Origin: Dongiaceae bacterium
Lineage (GTDB): Bacteria; Pseudomonadota; Alphaproteobacteria; Dongiales; Dongiaceae
NCBI GenBank assembly: GCA_041398065.1
Contig: JAWKVL010000019.1
Span: forward strand, 5,176-69,175
Direction of reading: 5' to 3'
DNA length: 64,000 nt
Made by a program: the position numbers and the translations under genes. Below, in pieces: positions 28,451 to 38,913 of the stretch. The notes under the pieces were generated by a model, which made no database searches, was not told the origin of the DNA, and was given only the letters and a program-made list of their open reading frames with translations. Each line of letters opens with the position of its first letter. The stretch's first letter is position 1.

Positions 28451-30507
28451 CGCCGTGCTCCCTGCGAAACTGGCGGAAGAGAGTGGGAGTCGAACCCACC
28501 AAGGACCGTCTCGCGACCCTTCCCGGATTTGAAGTCCGGACGCCCCACCGGGGACGCATCTCCTCCAGATGTCACCTCTGCGCGCTTGGCAAACATGTCC
28601 GTGCGATTGGGGTTGACCCGCCGCCAATCGCCGCGGCGCATGGTGAACCCCTGCCGGTCGAAATATTCGAGAATCTGGATCGCCACCTTGCGGCCATTCT
28701 CCAGCCGATCGCGAAACTCGGCCGCATTGAATCGCCCGTCCTCCGCCCGCGCTGCGATGTCGATCGCGATATCCGCCATTTCCGCGACCGTCTCGGTGAG
28801 AAAGAAGTGATCCAGGGCGACCTCGTCCACGTCGCCACGGCGCGCCGCCAGACGGAACACACGCCGCACGATCTTCTCATCAACCCCGAACTCGCGCGAT
28901 ACATCGCGCACGCGCGGCGGCCGGAACCGGTTGAGATCGCCGAGCAGCGGCTTCGAGCGCGACCAGACCCGCTCCTCTTCCGCTGTCATCCGCACCTCAT
29001 GCTGCGGGCGGCGCAGCCAGGCGCGATCGACCACCACCATGCCCGCGGCAACGAGGCGCTGCACCGCCGCCGCGAACAAAGGCGCCGGCAGGCGTGGGTG
29101 GAGAGACAGCCTCATCCGCTCCTGCCCCATGCCCTGCAGGTCCGGTCGCTCGGCATGGAAGGCATCGAGTGTTGCGACGGCGGCATCGGCAAAGCGCTGC
29201 CAGGCCGCGCGTCGCATGGCAATCGCGTGATGACCGCCTTGCAGGACGACCAGGTCGTGCTGCACAACCGCTTGGCTGGTCGCTGTCGTGGCGGCCGCTC
29301 GGTCGCGGAAAAAAGCGTCGAGATCGACAAAGCCGCGTGGCCCATCCAGCACGCCCGCCAGCGCCGCCACGGCGTCCGCGGCATCGAGCGCGAGCAGCTC
29401 AGCCCGACGCTCAGGCGTCCGTCGCCTGCGCTCCGGCGCGCGGAGATCGAGCAGCACGCCGCCGCCGATGGTGCGGCTCGCGGACGTGTCGCGGACGATG
29501 AACCGGTCGCCGGCCGCCGCCGCGATCGGCTTGTCGAGCACGATCTGGACCAGCTCGGTCTCGCCCGGCGCGATCGGCGCATCGCGCAGCACGACGAGAC
29601 GGGCGGCAACGTCCGACGCGCCGTGATGCAACCTGACCGGCATCCACTGGCCGACCGGCTTGGTTTCGGATTTCAGCACCCGCAGCCGTGCATCGATGCG
29701 GCTGGTCGGCGCGTGCAAAGACGGGTCGAGCACGATGTCGCCGCGGACGATCGCTTCCTTGGTCACTCCCGATCCGGCCAGCGCCAGCGCACAACGCTGA
29801 CCGGCCTGACCTTGCTCCGCCGGCCGGTTCTGCACGTGCAGCGAACGAACCCGCGCCTCGAGGCCGGAAGGACTGACGATCACCGCATCGCCGACCGCGA
29901 TCCGGCCGGAGAGAACCGTGCCGGTGACAACTGTCCCAGTGCCAGTCAACGAAAACGAACGATCAACCGCGAGGCGAAACCGTCCGTCGGCCGCGCGCGC
30001 GGTTGTCTCCCGGCAAAGATCGTCAAGACGTTGCGTGAGTGTCGCGATGCCCTCGCCAGTCAGAGCCGATACCGGCAGGATCTCCGCGTCTGCCAATCCG
30101 GTGTGCGCCAAGGCGGCACCAATCTCCGCGGTGACCGCGCGCCGGCGGTCTTCATAGGCGAGATCCGCTTTGGTCAAGGCGACAATGCCGCGCGACAGTC
30201 CAAGCAGATCCAGGATGGCAAGGTGCTCACGGGTCTGCGGCATGATGCCGTCATCGGCGGCCACAACCAGCAGCACGAGATCGATGCCGGTCGCGCCGGC
30301 CAGCATGTTGTGCACGAGCTTTTCATGGCCCGGCACGTCGATGAAGCCGATGATCCTGCCATCCGGCCGCGGCCAATAGGCAAAGCCGAGATCGAGGGTG
30401 ATGCCGCGCGCCTTTTCCTCCGGCAGGCGGTCGGCGTCGACACCGGTCAGTGCCCGCACCAGTGCCGTCTTGCCATGGTCGATATGCCCTGCGGTCCCGA
30501 CGATCAT
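28447..30507 (-). CDS. selB: Selenocysteine-specific elongation factor
   Basis: [54 protein letters not shown], last winged helix [30 protein letters not shown]. The ORF continues through the tRNA to a stop at 28447. Confidence 0.95.
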   Translation of the reverse strand: MIVGTAGHIDHGKTALVRALTGVDADRLPEEKARGITLDLGFAYWPRPDGRIIGFIDVPGHEKLVHNMLAGATGIDLVLLVVAADDGIMPQTREHLAILDLLGLSRGIVALTKADLAYEDRRRAVTAEIGAALAHTGLADAEILPVSALTGEGIATLTQRLDDLCRETTARAADGRFRLAVDRSFSLTGTGTVVTGTVLSGRIAVGDAVIVSPSGLEARVRSLHVQNRPAEQGQAGQRCALALAGSGVTKEAIVRGDIVLDPSLHAPTSRIDARLRVLKSETKPVGQWMPVRLHHGASDVAARLVVLRDAPIAPGETELVQIVLDKPIAAAAGDRFIVRDTSASRTIGGGVLLDLRAPERRRRTPERRAELLALDAADAVAALAGVLDGPRGFVDLDAFFRDRAAATTATSQAVVQHDLVVLQGGHHAIAMRRAAWQRFADAAVATLDAFHAERPDLQGMGQERMRLSLHPRLPAPLFAAAVQRLVAAGMVVVDRAWLRRPQHEVRMTAEEERVWSRSKPLLGDLNRFRPPRVRDVSREFGVDEKIVRRVFRLAARRGDVDEVALDHFFLTETVAEMADIAIDIAARAEDGRFNAAEFRDRLENGRKVAIQILEYFDRQGFTMRRGDWRRVNPNRTDMFAKRAEVTSGGDASPVGRPDFKSGKGRETVLGGFDSHSLPPVSQGARR
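28471..28566 (-). tRNA. selC: tRNA-Sec (anticodon UCA), nested inside selB
   Basis: 96 nt. 8-bp acceptor GGAGGAGA/TCTCTTCC, 6-bp D-stem CGTCCC/GGGGCG with a 4-nt loop, anticodon loop CTTCAAA, long variable arm AAGGGTCG/CGGTCCTT, 5-bp T-stem GTGGG-TTCGACT-CCCAC, G73 and encoded CCA. This is the bacterial 8/5 Sec fold. Confidence 0.97.
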
Positions 30508-31268
30508 GCGGCGCTCCGCTCGGCCTCTCGCCGCTGATCGGGCGTGCACGCATTGCGCGCCGCGGGTATGAATGGCTCCGCGAGCTTGCTGCCGCCCCGC
30601 TGGGCACGCAGCAGCCAGCTCAGGGCTGCAACCGGATCTCGTTCGACGCCGGCGCCCATGTGATGGGCGGCGCCCAGCATTGCCTGACCGTCCGCCTCGC
30701 CCAGCAACGCCGCTTTCCGCCACCAGAAGGCCGCCTTCGCCGGATCACGCGCAACGCCGAGGGCATTGTGATGCAGCATCCCGAGGCGCGTCATGGAAGA
30801 TGCGACGCCTTGCCCCGCCGCCGCTTCTGCCCAGCGCAGCGCCTCCTCGTATTTCGGCGCCAGCAGCTCGCCTTCGACCAGCAGCCAGGACAGCATGTCC
30901 TGCGACTCGGCATCGCCCAGTTCGGCGGCAGCGCGGTACCAGCGCGCGGCTTCACCCGCATCCAGCTCGATCAACTCGCCCTTGAAATACAAGGCCGCGA
31001 GATTGCGTTGCCCCACCGGATCTCCAGCTTCCGCCGCAAGGGTGAGCCAACGCAAAGCCAGTGCGCCATCCGGCGCAACGCCGAGACCATTGGCGAAGCA
31101 AGCGCCGATATTGCTTTGCGCGCGCGCGATGCCGGCATGCGCCAATTGGCCCCAGATCTCGAGCGCCCGGCCATAGTCGCCGCTCTCGGCCGCTTCGTAC
31201 GCCATCGCCATCCGGTCGGCGACCCTGTCGCCGTCCGGAGCTTGGGCTGCGGGCTCAAGCGCGTGCAT
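30504..31268 (-). CDS. Sel1-like repeat protein
   Basis: Repeats [62 protein letters not shown]. Its TGA overlaps the selB ATG. Confidence 0.9.
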   Translation of the reverse strand: MHALEPAAQAPDGDRVADRMAMAYEAAESGDYGRALEIWGQLAHAGIARAQSNIGACFANGLGVAPDGALALRWLTLAAEAGDPVGQRNLAALYFKGELIELDAGEAARWYRAAAELGDAESQDMLSWLLVEGELLAPKYEEALRWAEAAAGQGVASSMTRLGMLHHNALGVARDPAKAAFWWRKAALLGEADGQAMLGAAHHMGAGVERDPVAALSWLLRAQRGGSKLAEPFIPAARNACTPDQRREAERSAA

Positions 31269-32673
31269 CGCGATCCTCGGCGACATCAAGCGCGTTCAGA
31301 TTGGCAACGAACGCCGCTTCGTCTTCCAGGCAGCGCAGATCGAGCATAAGGCTGCCATCCGCGATGCGGCCGATGACGGGGATCGGCAGCTTCCGCAAGG
31401 CGTCTGCAAGCGACGTCAACGCGCGCCCTTGTCCGCGCGAGGCCGCCGGTTTGATCGCGATGCCTGCGCTGGGCACTGTTTCCAGCGGCAAGGCGCCAGA
31501 GCCGATCTGGCTGGCGCAAGGCGCGACTTGCGCCTGGTAGGCACCGCCTAGTCTCGCCGTCAGCAGCGGAACAACGCGGCCCGCCAGCGCCTCAATTTCC
31601 GCCTTCGGCCGCGCCAGCAGGCGGATCGTGGGTAACCGATGCGCCAGCCGGTCGGGATCGCGATACAGCTTCAGCGTCGCTTCCAGCGCAGCCATGCGGA
31701 TCTTGTCCAGCCGCAGCGCGCGCTTCATCGGATTGCGGTTGATCTTGGCAAGCAGCTCCTTGCGGCCGACGATGAAGCCCGCCTGTGGACCGCCAAGCAG
31801 CTTGTCGCCGGAGAAGGTGACGAGATCGGCGCCATCCGCCACCGCCTCCGCCACCGTCGGCTCGTGAGCCAGGCCGAAGCGCGCCAGATCGATGAGCGTG
31901 CCGGACCCAAGATCATTGACCAAGGGGACCCCGCGTGCGCGGGCCAGCGTTGCGAGATCGCGCGACGCGACGTCGCTGGTGAAACCCTCGACGCGGTAGT
32001 TGGAAGTATGCACTTTCAGCAGCAGGCCGGTCTTCGCTCCGATGGCCGCTTCATAATCCTTGAGATGGGTTCGGTTGGTGGTGCCGACTTCCACCAGCTT
32101 CGCGCCGGCTCTAGCCATGATCTCCGGCATGCGAAACGCGCCACCGATCTCGATCAATTCGCCGCGCGAAACGATGGCTTCGCGCCCTTTCGCCAGGGTG
32201 TTGAGCACCAGCAGGATCGCGGCGGCATTGTTGTTGACGACCGTCGCATCCTCCGCACCGGTCAGCTCACACAGCACACCGCGCAGATGGTCGTCGCGCT
32301 CTCCGCGTCGCCCGCTCTCGAGATCGAACTCGAGCGCAACAGCCGAGCGCATGGCCGCAGTCGCCGCCTCGACCGCCGCTTCGGCCAGCAGCGCACGGCC
32401 GAGATTGGTGTGCAACACCGTGCCGGTGAGGTTGAACACCGGCCGCAGGCTGGGCACCGCTTGCGCCTGCAAACGCCATCGTGCGGTTTCCGCGACGGTT
32501 TCCGCAGCTGCGCCGGTGCCCGCAAGGCGGGCGTCGGCGATCACCTCGCGCACAGCATCCACCACGGCGGGCCGCCCGAATTCTGCGATGATGGCGCCGG
32601 CAGCCATGGTCCTCAGCACTTCGTCGACCGAAGGCAGCCGCCGCGCGCTCGCGATGTTGCCGGCCGACGCCAT
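31255..32673 (-). CDS. selA: L-seryl-tRNA(Sec) selenium transferase
   Basis: LPSVD, VFNLTGTVLHTNLGRA, VNNNAAA, SRGELIEIGGAFR, EVGTTNRT, KVHTSNY, DLGSG, FSGDKLLGGPQAG. Confidence 0.97.
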   Translation of the reverse strand: MASAGNIASARRLPSVDEVLRTMAAGAIIAEFGRPAVVDAVREVIADARLAGTGAAAETVAETARWRLQAQAVPSLRPVFNLTGTVLHTNLGRALLAEAAVEAATAAMRSAVALEFDLESGRRGERDDHLRGVLCELTGAEDATVVNNNAAAILLVLNTLAKGREAIVSRGELIEIGGAFRMPEIMARAGAKLVEVGTTNRTHLKDYEAAIGAKTGLLLKVHTSNYRVEGFTSDVASRDLATLARARGVPLVNDLGSGTLIDLARFGLAHEPTVAEAVADGADLVTFSGDKLLGGPQAGFIVGRKELLAKINRNPMKRALRLDKIRMAALEATLKLYRDPDRLAHRLPTIRLLARPKAEIEALAGRVVPLLTARLGGAYQAQVAPCASQIGSGALPLETVPSAGIAIKPAASRGQGRALTSLADALRKLPIPVIGRIADGSLMLDLRCLEDEAAFVANLNALDVAEDRDARA

Positions 32674-32676
32674 GCT

Positions 32677-33594
32677 CTAGTAGCCGACCAGGAAGGGGTT
32701 GGCGCCGCCGCGCTTGAACCCGGATTGGCGGACGAGCAGATCAAGGCCGAGCGTTGCGACATCATCGGCGATGACATCGACCGCCGGGTCCTTGTGCTGG
32801 TGCAGGATTTTTACATAGCCGTGGCAGCTGTTGCAGGTCTCGGCCTTCACGGTGCCGGCGCCGCCTTCGACCTCCTGATACGAGATACCGGCGGTGGAGC
32901 CGCACAGCGCGCACTTGATGCGCACATAGTTCCACAGCGTGCCGCACAGCGCGCAGCCGCAATAGCGCGTGCCGTGGGCGCCTTGCCAGCCGACCACCAT
33001 CGAGGCTGCGGGCGGCCCGCCGCAGACCGGGCACAAAGCGTCTCCAACCGGCACCAGGCGCTCGGGATCGAGACCAGCCGCCAGCCTGGCGAAATGAACC
33101 TGCAAAGCGGCCGCGACGAAGAGATGCTCGGCCAAGGCTTCCATCGGAATGGCATAAGCCAGCACCGAGCGAACCATGTCGGCCTGTACTGCGCCGTCCG
33201 CCGCGGTCACACGTGCCAGGGCCGCCCTCGCCTCTTCCGGCATCTCAATGCCGGTCAGGAGCGCCAAGACACGATCGAGCGTCCGATCGAACACCGCGTC
33301 CGGGACAAACCGCGCCCGGTCGATGGCCGGCATGCCGAACTCGCGCGCGCGCTTCAGCGCGTCGGCTTCGGGCAGTTCCGGAGAAGGCAGCTCTTGCTGC
33401 GACCGATGCTGAGTATCGGAAATGCCGGCGAGAAACAGCAGGTAGGGGGCCAGATCATGGCCTTCCGCCAGGTAGCGGTAGCGCGCGGCACGGGTTGCGA
33501 ACAGCTGCAGCGGATCCGGCAGACGGACGAACGCAGGCGTTGCGACCTCTCCGATCGAGGTCATATCGCGCTGCGGCGCGTCCGTTTTTGCCAT
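32677..33594 (-). CDS. fdhE: Formate dehydrogenase maturation protein FdhE
   Basis: CPVCG, RYCGCALCGTLW..RIKCALCG, AETCNSCHGYVK, ADDVATLGLD. Confidence 0.95.
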   Translation of the reverse strand: MAKTDAPQRDMTSIGEVATPAFVRLPDPLQLFATRAARYRYLAEGHDLAPYLLFLAGISDTQHRSQQELPSPELPEADALKRAREFGMPAIDRARFVPDAVFDRTLDRVLALLTGIEMPEEARAALARVTAADGAVQADMVRSVLAYAIPMEALAEHLFVAAALQVHFARLAAGLDPERLVPVGDALCPVCGGPPAASMVVGWQGAHGTRYCGCALCGTLWNYVRIKCALCGSTAGISYQEVEGGAGTVKAETCNSCHGYVKILHQHKDPAVDVIADDVATLGLDLLVRQSGFKRGGANPFLVGY

Positions 33595-33643
33595 CACTCA
33601 CCTCACGAACCACACGGGTCACGTGCTGCGCGGAAGAGGAGCC

Positions 33644-34348
33644 CTATTCTGCGGGCCTCGCGCCGCTGCCTTGATCGTCACGCTTGCCGGTAACCAGCTC
33701 TTTCAACCACTTCCGATGGTGCCGCCATGCCCAACCGCCGGTGACCGAACCTTTGGTCATCGCGCGGATCGTGCCACGCACCCAGATCGCAGCATAGACG
33801 TGCACGATCCAGACGCAAATGATGACGATCGCGGCAAGCGAATGGATCAATACCGCGGCGCGCTTCTGACCCAGGGTCGTGTATTGCGAGAAATACTGAT
33901 CCCAAATCACCAGCCCGCTCGCAATCAGGATGATGATCAGGATCGACATCAGCCAGAAGACCAGCTTCTGACCCGCGTTGTATTTGCCGACCTCCGGCAG
34001 ATTCTCCTCGCGCTTTCGCAGGACATCGCTGAGGCGCGCCATCCAGGTCCCATCCTCGCCTTTCCACAGATTGGCCCGCCAGAACCGGAAGAACAATCCA
34101 AGGAAGCTGAAGAACAGCACAACGCCAATCCAGGGATGGATGGCGCGTGTCGCCTCTCCACCCCCGAACAGCCCGCTCAGGAAAAACAGGCTGGGGTGGA
34201 ACAGCGACAGCCCGGACAAAGCGAGCAGCACAAGACTGATCGCCGTGATCCAGTGGTTGATGCGCGCACCCGCGGTGTAGCGATCCACCGTAACCGGATT
34301 GCCCGGGTGGACCTGATCCTTCGGGCCGACATCATAGGGTCTGGCCAT
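33644..34348 (-). CDS. fdnI: Formate dehydrogenase gamma subunit (cytochrome b556)
   Basis: RINHWI, IHPWIG, GKYNAGQK, LIH..IVHVYAA, WAWRHHRKW. Confidence 0.95.
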   Translation of the reverse strand: MARPYDVGPKDQVHPGNPVTVDRYTAGARINHWITAISLVLLALSGLSLFHPSLFFLSGLFGGGEATRAIHPWIGVVLFFSFLGLFFRFWRANLWKGEDGTWMARLSDVLRKREENLPEVGKYNAGQKLVFWLMSILIIILIASGLVIWDQYFSQYTTLGQKRAAVLIHSLAAIVIICVWIVHVYAAIWVRGTIRAMTKGSVTGGWAWRHHRKWLKELVTGKRDDQGSGARPAE

Positions 34349-35295
34349 CACCGACCTCCCTGCTGAGTTTCGGTCAGCCGTTTGGCGTTCTTCTCGTCCT
34401 CGTCAGACACGCGGTTGGCGCCGGAGACCACATGATGCAGGAACCCGATGCCGATGAACGACGCGATTGCAGTCAGGCCAGCGTATTTGGTGAGGCCTTT
34501 CCACAGCTCGACCACCGGACTGATCTTCGGATCCTTCGGCAGATTGGCATAGATCTCCGGCTTGTCCGCATGGTGCAGCACGTACATCACGTGCGTGCCG
34601 CCGACGCCCGGCGGATCGTAGAGGCCCGCATTGGCATAGCCGCGGGACTTCAGATCCTCGATCCGCTCGGCCGCGTGCTTCTTCATGTCCTCCTTGGGGC
34701 CGAACACGATGGCCTGGGTCGGGCACGATTTGGCGCAGGCCGGCCCTTGCCCTACCGCCACGCGGTCGGAGCATAAGGTGCACTTGTAGGCCTTAAAGTC
34801 GACCTTGGAGATGCGCGGGATGTTGAAGGGACAGCCCTTCACGCAATAGCCGCAGCCGATGCAGTTCTCGTGGACGAAATCGACGATGCCGTTGGAATAT
34901 TGCACGATGGCGCCGGGCGCAGGGCAGGCCTTGAGGCAGCCCGGATCGGCGCAATGCATGCAGCCGTCCTTGCGGATCAGCCATTCGAGATTGCCGGTCT
35001 CGGCGTTCTCCCACTCGGTGTAGCGCATGAGGGTGAACATCGACGGCGTCAAGTCCATGGGGTTTTCGTAGACCCCATGATTGACGCCGACCTCTTCGCG
35101 CATGTCGTTCCATTCCAGGCAGGCGACCTGGCAGGCCTTGCAGCCGATGCATTTCGAAACATCGATCAGCTTGGCAACCTCGGTCTGCTGGCGCGACGGC
35201 GGCGGCACGCTTGATGCCGAGCGCCGGACCAGGTCTTCCTGGCCGAACTGCATCGCCGAGGGCTGGACGGACGGATTCGGAAGCGGAGGATACAT
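34348..35295 (-). CDS. fdnH: Formate dehydrogenase beta (Fe-S) subunit
   Basis: [60 protein letters not shown]-terminal TM anchor. Confidence 0.96.
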   Translation of the reverse strand: MYPPLPNPSVQPSAMQFGQEDLVRRSASSVPPPSRQQTEVAKLIDVSKCIGCKACQVACLEWNDMREEVGVNHGVYENPMDLTPSMFTLMRYTEWENAETGNLEWLIRKDGCMHCADPGCLKACPAPGAIVQYSNGIVDFVHENCIGCGYCVKGCPFNIPRISKVDFKAYKCTLCSDRVAVGQGPACAKSCPTQAIVFGPKEDMKKHAAERIEDLKSRGYANAGLYDPPGVGGTHVMYVLHHADKPEIYANLPKDPKISPVVELWKGLTKYAGLTAIASFIGIGFLHHVVSGANRVSDEDEKNAKRLTETQQGGR

Positions 35296-35308
35296 GGCGC
35301 GGCCTCCC

Positions 35309-38300
35309 CTACGATACCGGTTCGGCGATGGGCGCAATATCGACCAGGAACGCCTTGTATTCCGGCGTCTCGATATTGGCGTCGCCCACGAACGGCGTCA
35401 GCGAGTTGGGGCCGAAGCCCTTCTTCGCCACACCCGTGAAGCCCCAATGCAGCGGCACACCGACGACGTGCACGGTCTTGCCATCGCATTGCAGCGGCTT
35501 GATGCGCTTGGTCACCACCGCCTTCGCTTTCACCTCGCCGCGGTTGGACATGACCTTCACCCACCCGCCGGACTTGATGCCCTTCTCCGCCGCCAATTGC
35601 TCCGAGATCTCGACAAAGAACTCGGGCTGCATGACGGCGTTCGGCTGGACATGCTTGGTCCAGAAGTGGAAATGCTCGGTCAGGCGATAGGACGTCGCCG
35701 CGTACGGGAACTTCTCCGCATCGCCGAACTGCGCCATGTCGTCCTGGAACACGCGCGACGCAGGATTGCCGCGGATGTTCGGCGCGACCGGGTTGGCGAT
35801 CGGCGATTCGAACGGCTCGTAGTGCGCCGGGAATGGTCCGTCCTTCATCATGCCGCGGGTGAACAGGCGCGCCGTTCCCTCGGGGTTCATGATGAAGGGG
35901 CCGACTACGTCCGGCTTCGCCCCGGGGGCGATGTCAGGCACGTCATAGCCCGACCATTTGGCGCCATCCCAGGCGATCACCTTTCGGTCGGGATCCCACG
36001 GCTGACCATTCAGGTCGGCCGAGGCTCGGTTGTACAAGATCCGCCGGTTGACCGGCCAGGACCACGACCACTTGGAGTAGAAGCCGGCATCATCCGGATC
36101 CGAGTTATCGCGGCGAGCCATGTTGTTGCCGTTCTCGTTGAAGCAGCCGGAATAGATCCAGCAGCCGCACGAGGTGGTGCCGTCATCGCGCAACTGCGCG
36201 AAGCTGACAACCTGCTTGCCCTTCTCGACCAGGACCTTGGTCGGATCGGTCGCATCGTACACGGTCTCGACCGCGTAGCCATTGACTTCGCGCGCGATCT
36301 CGTCGGCCTTGGGCTCGTCCGGATTGGCGTACGGCCAGCGCAGCTTGAGAATCGGATCGGGCAACGGCCCACCTTCCTTCTCGTACAGCGCTTTCAGCCG
36401 CTTCCAGATCTGCGCCATGATCCAGGTATCGGATCTGGCGTCGCCCGGCGGGGCTCCGCCAGCCCAGTGCCATTGCAGCCAGCGCCCGGAATTCGTGAGC
36501 GATCCTTCGTCCTCCGCGAAGCACGTGCTCGGCAGCTGAATGACCTCGGTCTGGATCTTCGACGAATCGACGTCGTTATATTGGCCGTGATTCTCCCAGA
36601 ACCGCGCCGTCTCGGTCTCGAGCGGATCCATCGAGATCAGGAACTTGAGGTTCGAGAGCGCTTCCGTGCACTTCGTCCGGTTGGGGAAGGAGAGCAGCGG
36701 ATTGAAGCCCTGGCAGATGTAGCCGTTCATCTTGCCCTGGTGCATCAGCTCGAACGCACGCAACACGTCATAGGTCGGCACGTCGAGCTTCGGCAGCCAA
36801 TCATAAGCGAAATCGTTGTCAGGCGTGGCAGCGTCGCCCCACATAGACTTCATGAAGCTCACGAAGAACTTCTTGTAGTTCTGCCAGTAGCTCATCTGGT
36901 CGGGCCGGAGCGGCTTGAAGCCGCGGGTCGACATGTAGGTGGCGAAGTCCACCTCTTTCTGGTTCGGGATCGTCAGATAGCCGGGGACCAAATTCGACAT
37001 CAGCCCGATGTCGGTCAGCCCCTGGATGTTGGAATGGCCGCGGAGGGCGTTCATTCCGCCGCCGCGCATGCCAATGTTGCCCAGTATCAACTGCAGCATC
37101 GCCATCGAGCGGATGTTCTGCGAGCCCTTGGAATGCTGCGTCCAGCCAAGGGCATACATCGAGGTCATGGTCTTGGTCGGAGATGCGGTCTCCGCCACCA
37201 TTTCCGCGACCTTGAGGTACTTGTCCTTGGGCGTGCCGCAGATGCGCTCCACCATCTCCGGCGTGTAGACGGAGACGTGCTCCTTCAGCAGGTTCCACAC
37301 GCAGCGCGGATTGGTCAGCGTGTCGTCGACCATGACGAAGCCGTCTTCGCCGATCTGGTAGTCCCAGGTCGACTTGTCGTATTCGCGCTTCGATTCGTCA
37401 TAGCCCGTGAACAGGCCGTCCTTATATGCGAAGCCATCCTTCACGAGATAAGTCGCATTCGTGAAGGCCTTCACATAGTCCCAATGGACCTTGTCGTTCT
37501 GGATGCAGTAGTTGATCACGCCGAGCAGGAACGCGATGTCCGTTCCTTGCCGGATTGGCGCATAGAAATCCGCCACCGAAGCCGAGCGCGTGAAACGCGG
37601 ATCGACGACGATCAGCTTGGCGCCGCGATTCGCTTTGGCTTCAGTGACCCACTTGAAGCCGCACGGATGCGCTTCGGCGGCATTGCCGCCCATGATGATG
37701 ACGAGGTCCGTGTTCTTGATGTCGGTCCAGGAATTCGTCATTGCGCCACGGCCGAATGTTGGGGCGAGACTCGCCACCGTTGGGCCGTGTCAAACCCGCG
37801 CTTGGTTGTCGAATGCCAGGATCCCGGTGCTGCGGACCACCTTGTAGGTCACGAACGCGGTTTCGTTCGTGGTCGCCGACGCCGCGAGGAAGCCGGTGGT
37901 GAGCCACCGGTTGACCGTCACGCCGTCCTGGTTCTGCGCCACGAAGTTCTGGTCGCGATCGTCCTTGAGGAGGCGCGCGATGCGATCCAGCGCGTCGTCC
38001 CAGGAAACGTCCTCGAACTTGTCGGCGCCCGGCTTGCGGATGCGCGGCTTGGTGAGGCGCGTTTCGGAATGGACGAAGTCGAGCAGAGCGGCGCCCTTCG
38101 GGCACAACGTGCCGCGATTGGTCGGGTGGTCGGCATCGCCTTCGATGTGCGTGATGTCAGCCTTCTCGCCCTTGGTGAGATCGCCCTTGGAATACAGGAT
38201 CACACCGCAAGCAACGGAGCAGTATGGGCATGTGTTGCGGGTTTCGGTGGTGCCGACCAGCTTGAACGCCCGGATCGCATCGGCATGAGCGGCTTCCACG

Positions 38301-38389
38301 CCGCCGAAGCCGAACGCGCCAAGCGCTGTTCCAGCCAACCCCACGCCCGCACCCTTCAAGAGGGTTCGTCGCGAGAGTTCCATGTTCAT
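35309..38389 (-). CDS. fdnG: Formate dehydrogenase-N alpha subunit, selenoprotein (in-frame UGA at 37790-37792)
   Basis: Tat signal SRRTLLK and CPYCSVAC...[32 protein letters not shown] joins ORFs 37790..38389 and 35309..37777 in frame. Also [10 protein letters not shown] and [11 protein letters not shown]. Confidence 0.97.
37748..37789 (-). promoter_or_regulatory. Bacterial SECIS element immediately 3' of the Sec UGA
   Basis: mRNA reads UGA CAC GGC CCA ACG GUG GCG AGU CUC GCC CCA ACA UUC GGC CGU G. Apical stem GGCGA-GUC-UCGCC, lower stem CACGGCC/GGCCGUG, the same layout as the E. coli fdnG SECIS. Confidence 0.88.
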
Positions 38390-38913
38390 CGTACCGGTTC
38401 CTCCCCAGATCGTACATCAGCTGGAGACGATGTCCCGGGCTTCCACGCGAGGCACCGGTCGACCAGCTCACGAGGTTCCGCATCAGTTGTATTCACATTC
38501 TGGAACCACTTTAATAACAAGGCAACAAGCTTCGGATGTCTTGGTCTAAAGATCGAAACGCATCGACCAATTAACGGGATTGGGCGACGTCCGTTGCACT
38601 GTTACGCGGTTGCTGCCGCAGCGGTTTTGCATTGACGCCGAACCAAGACGCTCCCAATGTCGATGCGTGACGGAGAGCTCTGCTCCCGAGTTTCGGGGCG
38701 TTGGACAGTTCCGTTTTCCTGACATCAAGCCAGCAGCAATGCGACGGGCGCAGGGCGGTGCGTCCCGCGCAAACCTCGCGCGGACTCGGAGTCCGACCTG
38801 CGCCTTCATGGCTGCCGGTTCATGCACTGGGTTTGTGCAATGCAGCAACTCCGCGGATGCGGAGAACGACTAAGAATCAAGGCAAGGGTCAAATCAGTAT
38901 CCGGGAGGCATTC

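Noticed and set aside
27995-28627. 210-aa version of the hypothetical that would also read through tRNA-Sec
   Set aside because: The RBS and ATGA coupling support the start at 28450. The upstream extension overlaps selB and looks non-coding.
28438-33693. 699-aa and 684-aa plus-strand ORFs
   Set aside because: Antisense shadows of selB and selA/fdhE.
35309-38389. fdnG as a split gene or pseudogene
   Set aside because: The single stop is the Sec UGA at the conserved position, with a SECIS and the full sel machinery present.
35081-38635. 1184-aa plus-strand ORF
   Set aside because: Antisense shadow of fdnG. It is Arg/His/Gly-rich with no motifs, as expected opposite a strongly codon-biased high-GC gene.
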